A stretch of 64,000 bases of DNA from the human T2T-CHM13v2.0 reference genome, Homo sapiens: NCBI RefSeq assembly GCF_009914755.1, contig NC_060935.1; one strand, given 5' to 3'. Within the stretch, counting starts at the first letter, position 1; every line of letters begins with the position of its first letter. Of the stretch, positions 57,030 through 64,000 are shown piece after piece. The notes below the pieces were generated by a model. The model saw only the letters and a program-made list of their open reading frames with translations, made no database searches and had not been told where the DNA came from. Made by a program: the position numbers and the translations under genes.

Positions 57030-57830
57030 CCGACCCAGGGCCAGCCGCTGCCCTTCCCTGTATCTCAGATTCCCAACCCGCGTAATTAGGCACGACGGTA
57101 AACACCCTCATGTCCAAGAAGTACTGACAGACCAGCGATCTCGGCTCCGAAAGCCCAACCCACCGTCGCAAAGCCACCGCCCTTTCTTTGCTCATTACGA
57201 TAATGACCATGCAGTTGACCAACAGAAAGAAAGCAGGGCGGGTCTCAGACAGAAATTTGGCCTTATAGGGTTGCTAAACGCGAAAAAAGCGGGGCCTGGG
57301 TAGGACCAATTAACTGAAAGAAATGCTGGGTGACAGGAAGTGACACCAATGAATGACGGACCTTGTGTGACGGGGTGGGGCTTAGTCTCGAGGAAGCGGC
57401 CAATGAGCTGGAGCTCTTTAAGGGTTAAGGACTCTCAATATGGAGCTCCTGGGGAGTCGGGTCAAAGGAAATGGGTTTCTCTGGGGGAAAAAGGAATGAA
57501 GGGGCAAGGAGACGGTTGCAGCCTTGCGTCTGTACTTACCGCGCCGGGAGGCTGCTGCCGGCGGCGACCCGGAAGCGCTTCACCCAGCCTGAGCGGAAGA
57601 ACCCACCAGAATCCGGGACTCACCAAACGCATGCGTCCTTCGTCTCCTTTTGTTTTCCCCGCTCCCGCCCACTAAACCGGATGTGACGTTGACCTACCTT
57701 AGTCACATTGTTAGGGAAGGAAGTGTGCCGCGCCTACCTATCTGCCCCGCCTTGAGTCTCAGCCAGTCGGCGTCTCCATCCTGGCGCCAGCACTACGGTC
57801 TCGTTTAACCACTGCCCCGTTTAACCCCTG
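57030..57830. promoter_or_regulatory. ANAPC15 CpG-island promoter
   Basis: CpG-rich. ETS CCGGAAG ~57569, NRF1-like ACGCATGCGT 57627-57636, ETS/CRE-like CCGGATGTGACGT 57677-57689, GC boxes, three CCAAT boxes at 57306 / 57346 / 57400. Confidence 0.85.
57540..57665 (-). other. ANAPC15: ANAPC15 non-coding first exon region (start approximate)
   Basis: Strong donor GCG|GTAAGT (intron from 57539); further minus-strand donors at 57623 and 57697. Confidence 0.7.
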
Positions 57831-58749
57831 CCCTTTTGTTGCCAGTCACCATTTGCTTGTTAACCCCTTCTGAAGAAGAGCTGACAGCAACCTTTTAGTG
57901 CGAGGGCCATTCGTCCTGCTGCATCCCAGAAAACTAATCTGTTACTACTTCAGAATTGCTGGTTGATGTTAGGCCCCTCCTATCTGTGCTCTCTCAGCTA
58001 CAGTTTCCCGTTTGAGCATATTCATTCTTTTTTATTTTTGCTCTGAACAAAAATATTAGAGTTACAATATTACTATATTCCAGGCCTTGCTAGAAACTGG
58101 GGATAAATCTATGAATATGGTCGCTTCCCTGGAAGACCTCACAGTCCAGGGAAGCCAAACCCTGCAGACATGCAGTAGACTTAGTGGTCTCTCTTAAGGT
58201 TGCTTGTTGAGTTTTGACATTGGAGATTATGTACAGACTTGAATGACTAGTTAGCCTCAGGCACAGCATTCTGTTGCTGGGGGAATCAGCTGCCCTCCTC
58301 AGGCCTGGGCCAAGTACACTTAGAGATCGCCCTCGTCACCTCTCCCATCCTTTGCTGATGCCTCTGTTCTAGTAACCTCTGACTCAGCTTCGCCTTTAGA
58401 GATACTCATGCTTTCTGGCAACAGAGGTCCTTCAAACCCAATTCCTATTAAACTCCATCACTTACCAGCCTCTTTCAGGGACAGCAGTTATCCGCATTTC
58501 CAGTACTGTCCTGGCCAGATGTGTGAGTTTTGGCAATTCCTTTTCCTCTCTCTGGACTCAGCTTCTTTGTCAACCAGCATCATAATCTCTGCCCAGCCTT
58601 CCTTCTATCCTGGGCTGATGTGAAGATTGGATAAGAATTGTTCAAGAGGTCGTGTACTGTGCATATTGAATGTGATTATATTGCCAAATAGCACTGTTTG
58701 TTATAGTTTTTCATTAAAGAGTAAACTTTGCCTCTTGGAAATGACTACC

Positions 58750-59900
58750 TTTTTCATTCATTCAACAAATACCTACTGAGTGCCTTAGTATATGTCCATC
58801 ACTATTCTTAGTAGTGGGTATACAATAGTAAACAAAACAGACCAAAAAAGTCCCTCTTTTCATGCAGCCTTCATTCTGAGAGAGGTAAACAATAAAGAAG
58901 ATAGATAAATAAAATATGTAGTTGTAAGATTGCAGTAAATAAGAGAAAAAATAAATCTGAGAAGTGGGAATAAAATATTTGCAGGGGAGGTGTTTTATTT
59001 CAGACTGGGGGGCCAAAGTCACTGGGAAGGTGACTTTTGAGTAAAGGTCTGAAGGAGCAGAGAGCCTTCTGATATTTGTGGAAGAGCATTTCAGAGAGAG
59101 AGAATACAAGTGCAGAGGGCCTAGAATGGCTTGGGCATAGTGTCCTCTAGGGAGAGTAATAGGTAGGAGATGAGGAGTTGGGGAGCCAGTGGAGGGTTGT
59201 GAGCACAGGGTCCACACAATCTGATTTACAGTTTAACTGAGTTACTCTGGCTGTTCTCCAAATAGACTGGGGTAGGGGAGACAATGGCAGAAGCAGGGAG
59301 ACCATTTGGGAGCCTATTATGATAATCTAGAGGTAGTGGATGAGAAGTGGTTGAATTCTGAATTTATTTAGATGGTAGAGACTACAAGGTTTGCTAACAG
59401 ATGGACAATGCCAGAATAAGAAAGGAGCCACGATTTTTGGGCTGAACGACTAGAAGATTGGTGTTGCCACTTTTTTGAGTTGGGAAGGAATGGGGAGGTG
59501 ATGAGGGGTTTGGTTTTTTTTTGACAGGGAGCTTAGGTTTGAGTGTGTTGAGTCTGAGATGCCCATTAGAGTAGAGATGTTGGGGCGGCAGGAAGGCATA
59601 TGAGTCTGCAGGTCAGGGCAGAGATCTGGGCTGGATAGATCATTTGGGAGTCATTGGCATGTAGATGGTGTTTAAAGTCATGAGACTGGATGAGATCACC
59701 AAGGGAGTGAATGTAGTTGGAAAATAGTTTCCTCCAATATTCAGAATTTGAGGAAACTAGGAAAAGCAGCAAACCAGATGGAGAAGGAAGGCCAAAAAGA
59801 TAAGTAGAAAGCTGGGTGAGTTGATGGTATCTTGGAAGCCATGTAAAGAAAGGGTGGTAGGAGAAAATGGTTTACTGCAGCCTCATTCTGTACAAAATTG
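58750..59900. mobile_element. L2 LINE remnant
   Basis: CATTCATTCAACAAATACCTACTGAGTGCC terminus followed by purine-rich L2 body. Confidence 0.78.
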
Positions 59901-62537
59901 TGCTTTTGTTTATTTCCCCAACAGACCATGAGCTCCTTGAGGGCAGGGACTGAATGGTTACTATGTCCCCAGGGCCCAGCATGACCTTCTCCTGGATTCC
60001 TCATCTTCCTTCTGTGACCTGTGTCTCCATCAGTTTCTCCTCCGGCATCTTTTTCTTACAGGATTCTTACCTCAGGTACCATTTGCCCCGTCCTTCCTGA
60101 TAATTCCGCCTGCTGGAAATTCCCTAGTAACAGAGTTTCTTTTCAGGGTCATCAGCCAGGCTCAGTAAGTAATGATGACTGGTTAGCTGGTGACATTTAT
60201 TGAGTACCAACTGAGTGCCAGACACCTTTCTAGGCCCTGGGGACAGAGGGGAAGCAGAAATAATTCCTGCCCTAGAGAAAAATAGAGTATAGTGAGTACT
60301 AAGACAATTATAGACAATTATAGAGGAGGGTAATAAATGTTAAAATCAATGTATGTAGAGAATACATGAGAACACAGAGGAGGGATTGATGAATGGGTTC
60401 TGAACAAACTAAGTTTAGACTTTTGTTCCAGAAAAGGAAACATTTGAGTGGGCCTTGAGGGATGAGTAGGAGTTAAGCCCACTGGTAAATAAGTAGGAAA
60501 AGAGGGTGCACAAAGAGGCATATTTCATTCAAGGGCATGTTTGGAGAACATTGAGAATCTGGGCAGAACTAGATATGTGGAGTGGAGAAAGATGAGAAAG
60601 AATGATAGGGGACCCAGATAGGGAAGGTCTTTGGTGGCCCTATATGGAGTGGATGGGATGGGATCTGGGCATCTTGGGTCTCACCTTTGTCTTATTGCCG
60701 ACTTGCTGGGGACCCCAGGTAGATGTCTCCCCATTCACAAGCTTCCGTGTTCTCTAACATAATATCTAACCATGTCGCCAGCTCTGATGTGAGTCCCTGG
60801 AAGGGATTCCCCTAGCTTGATCCTTTCCATTCTTAGATTTTTACATTTGCCTTATTTGTGATTTATACAAACCAGGGCCTAGGAATGGAAAGCAGGGTCA
60901 GGATGGAGATTTCTCAACAGAAATCAATAAATCCAGAGCCCAGAGGCTGAAGATGGAAACCATGATTCTATGCAGAGAATTCTCTAGGATCCAGGAAGGG
61001 CCAGAGTTGAGTGGTGTGAATTCAGTGCTAGTGAAAGCTGCTTACTCATTCCTTCCATAAACCTTGAGGAGCATGGCTGACCCTGGTAGGGGACAGGGGA
61101 GAATGTAACAGTCACAGTCACTACCTTTCATACATATGGAGGGATAGTTGGTCTCCAGAGAGTTTTCCCACTCATAGTCTCCACTTATCCTTAGCCCAGC
61201 CCTGGGGATTCTGCCTTCATTTAGCAGATGAGGAACCTGAGGCTCAGGAAAGTAAAGCGGCTTGTCTGAGTTGAAGCTACAACTCAAGAATGTCAAAATC
61301 TTGCATTGTTCCACAAATCTTCCTTATGGGCTGATATGTGCTTGCCGATGGGGACTCACAGAGGAATTCGATTTGAGTCCTAGTCCTCTGCAACTACCCA
61401 GTATGGTGTGGATACCAGACTAACGCAAGTCATTAGGCCCTTGAGGCCAGATCTCTGTGTGATTCATCTGTATTTCCCCGGCACCTTGCACAGTGTCTAG
61501 CACAGAGTAGCCACTCAACAAATGTTTATATAAGATGGGTTTTTTTCCTTGGGTCTAATGGAATTATAGTTCACGTGATGAATGGTATAACAGGGATAGG
61601 TTCTAAAAAGAGAAAAGTGGGAATGTTAAAAAGTGAAGAGCAGTGTGGGAGGGGAGGTGGAGAAGGCTCCTCAGAGAAGATGAGACCTTGCAAGAGGAGT
61701 TAGGAAAGAATATTCTAGTCAAGAGCAGACAGCATGTGCAGAAGTGCAGAGGCCTGAAAGGGTGTGGTGTGCCCAGGACATGGCATTGACCGAGGGCCTG
61801 TTGTGTGGCCATCGTGGTGATGTGCACTGTGAAAGAAACAGGACCAGGAGACAGTACCCTGTGCTCAAAGGACAAGGCACAGCCTTGGAGGAGGACAGGG
61901 ACATGCTGAGAAAGGCTTCCTTGAGCAGGGGAGACTTCTGCTGGGTCATGAAGGATGCTTCATAGTTCGAGTCAGAGAGGAGGAAAGAGGAAACCTCCCA
62001 GGTGTGAGGGGCCTCCTTAGGCAGGGGCTGTGGTTGGAAGGAATAAGGAGAATGCCCAGGCAGGAGAGCATGGTGTGTGGAGGGCAGGCTGGTCGGGTGG
62101 GAGGGGCTGCAGAGCTCCACTGGGTGGGCTAGCTGAGGGAGTGCACCTTAGCGTGGAGTATAAGGCTTGTTCTGCCTCATGGTCACTCAACACCTCATTT
62201 ATTTCCCATCATTGTGGCCTCCCTGGACCTGACTCTGAGTTTGGGATGGATAGATGCGTTGGAAGGGATCTCTGTGAATTATCTTCCAGTTCCCTAGAAA
62301 GCCAGCCCCAGGAGAGGTGCTCCAGCCAGGTCCCTATCTGCATGGTGGTTTTGCGTATGTTTGCTTACCACAAATATATGGTAAGGTTTCCTCACTAAGG
62401 TTTAATGGGCTAAGGTTTCCTCACTCTGACTACAGCAAAATAGATGCAAAGTTTGAAGAGAGGCCCTCTGCATTGGAGGCAAAGGCTGAGGAGACACAGA
62501 CCTACACACACACACACCCCCCCTCACTTTCATGCAG

Positions 62538-63268
<731 letters not shown>

Positions 63269-63325
63269 GCTGGGCACAGTGGCACATTCCTGTAGTCCCA
63301 GCTACTCGGGAGGCTGTGATAGGTG

Positions 63326-63486
63326 TGTTACTGGATAGTGCTCTGTAATTTCAGGCTCTTGGTGTCCTGAACAAAGAACTGGACCAGACACACACAGATA
63401 TTAAGCACAGTATTACACTCTTAGAGGGGGAGAGTGGACTGACCTCTGGCAGATGAGATCAACATTAGTTTTGTGTACTCTGGGTC

Positions 63487-63538
<52 letters not shown>

Positions 63539-63964
63539 CTCTTCCCAAGGCTGCCTAATCTCTAGCCAGTGTCTGCCTTTTTGATTGATAGATGTGTTGC
63601 TTAGTTACTTTGGCCCTTGTGTGTCACCTCCATCCCATAATTTTAAGTACATGAGTGATTTGCAGTCCATATGCATGAGCTTCAATGAGCTAATTACCAA
63701 ACGGGGTCATTTTAAGGATACTTTTTCTCTTTAATGTGCATGCCCATCTCTGAGGAGCTGCCCGCAACAGGTTTGGTCCGGATTTAGCCCAGATGGGGGC
63801 TTCTTTTTCACTTTTGTTTTGGCTGTTCTGGTTTTTATCTCGCTTCTTGCTCACCTGCCCCTTCACCTGGCTTCTGCTCCCTGCTTTTACTCATTCTGCC
63901 CTTGATCCAAATTTTAATTCCCTTTGCTATTCTCCTGCTGTATTTTCCCTCTTCCCCTGCTTCA
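63326..63964 (-). mobile_element. ERV1-class solo LTR (MER4/MER51 group-like) inserted in a FLAM/Alu monomer
   Basis: TG...CA ends and GGTG / GGAG 4-bp flanks; the Alu monomer sequence resumes in register on both sides. Confidence 0.75.
63489..63536. repeat. (TG)~24 microsatellite inside the LTR
   Basis: Direct reading. Confidence 0.95.
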
Positions 63965-64000
63965 GGAGGATCGCTTGAACCCTGAAGTTTGGGACCAGCC

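Overview
Human genomic DNA, recognisable as the NUMA1 / LRRC51-TOMT (LRTOMT) / LAMTOR1 / ANAPC15 locus on 11q13.4. The identification comes from proteins assembled by hand across GT-AG junctions and compared with recalled sequences; no database search was run. The left ~25 kb is the Alu-saturated 5' intronic region of NUMA1 (minus strand). It holds two non-coding exons, the MIR3165 hairpin and a full-length MADE1. A CpG-island bidirectional promoter at ~25.3-25.8 kb drives NUMA1 leftward and LRRC51 rightward. Four complete spliced CDSs can be built: LRRC51 (192 aa, +), LAMTOR1 (161 aa, -), TOMT (258 aa, +; 291 aa from the read-through start) and ANAPC15 (121 aa, -). The most unusual structure is the dual-reading-frame LRTOMT read-through. 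LRRC51 exon 39838-39986 contains an out-of-frame ATG and can splice over the whole antisense LAMTOR1 gene into TOMT, leaving 281 spliced nt open in two frames. This is a known system (deafness locus DFNB63), not a new one. Less familiar observations include a palindromic two-strand polyA signal between convergent TOMT and ANAPC15, loss of COMT catalytic residues in TOMT, a uORF-dense LRRC51 leader, CLEAR-like E-boxes at LAMTOR1, a U13 snoRNA copy, transposon-derived candidate terminal exons and a multi-level transposon nest. Nearly all ORFs in the supplied track are Alu or repeat artefacts. I found no convincing previously undescribed system.
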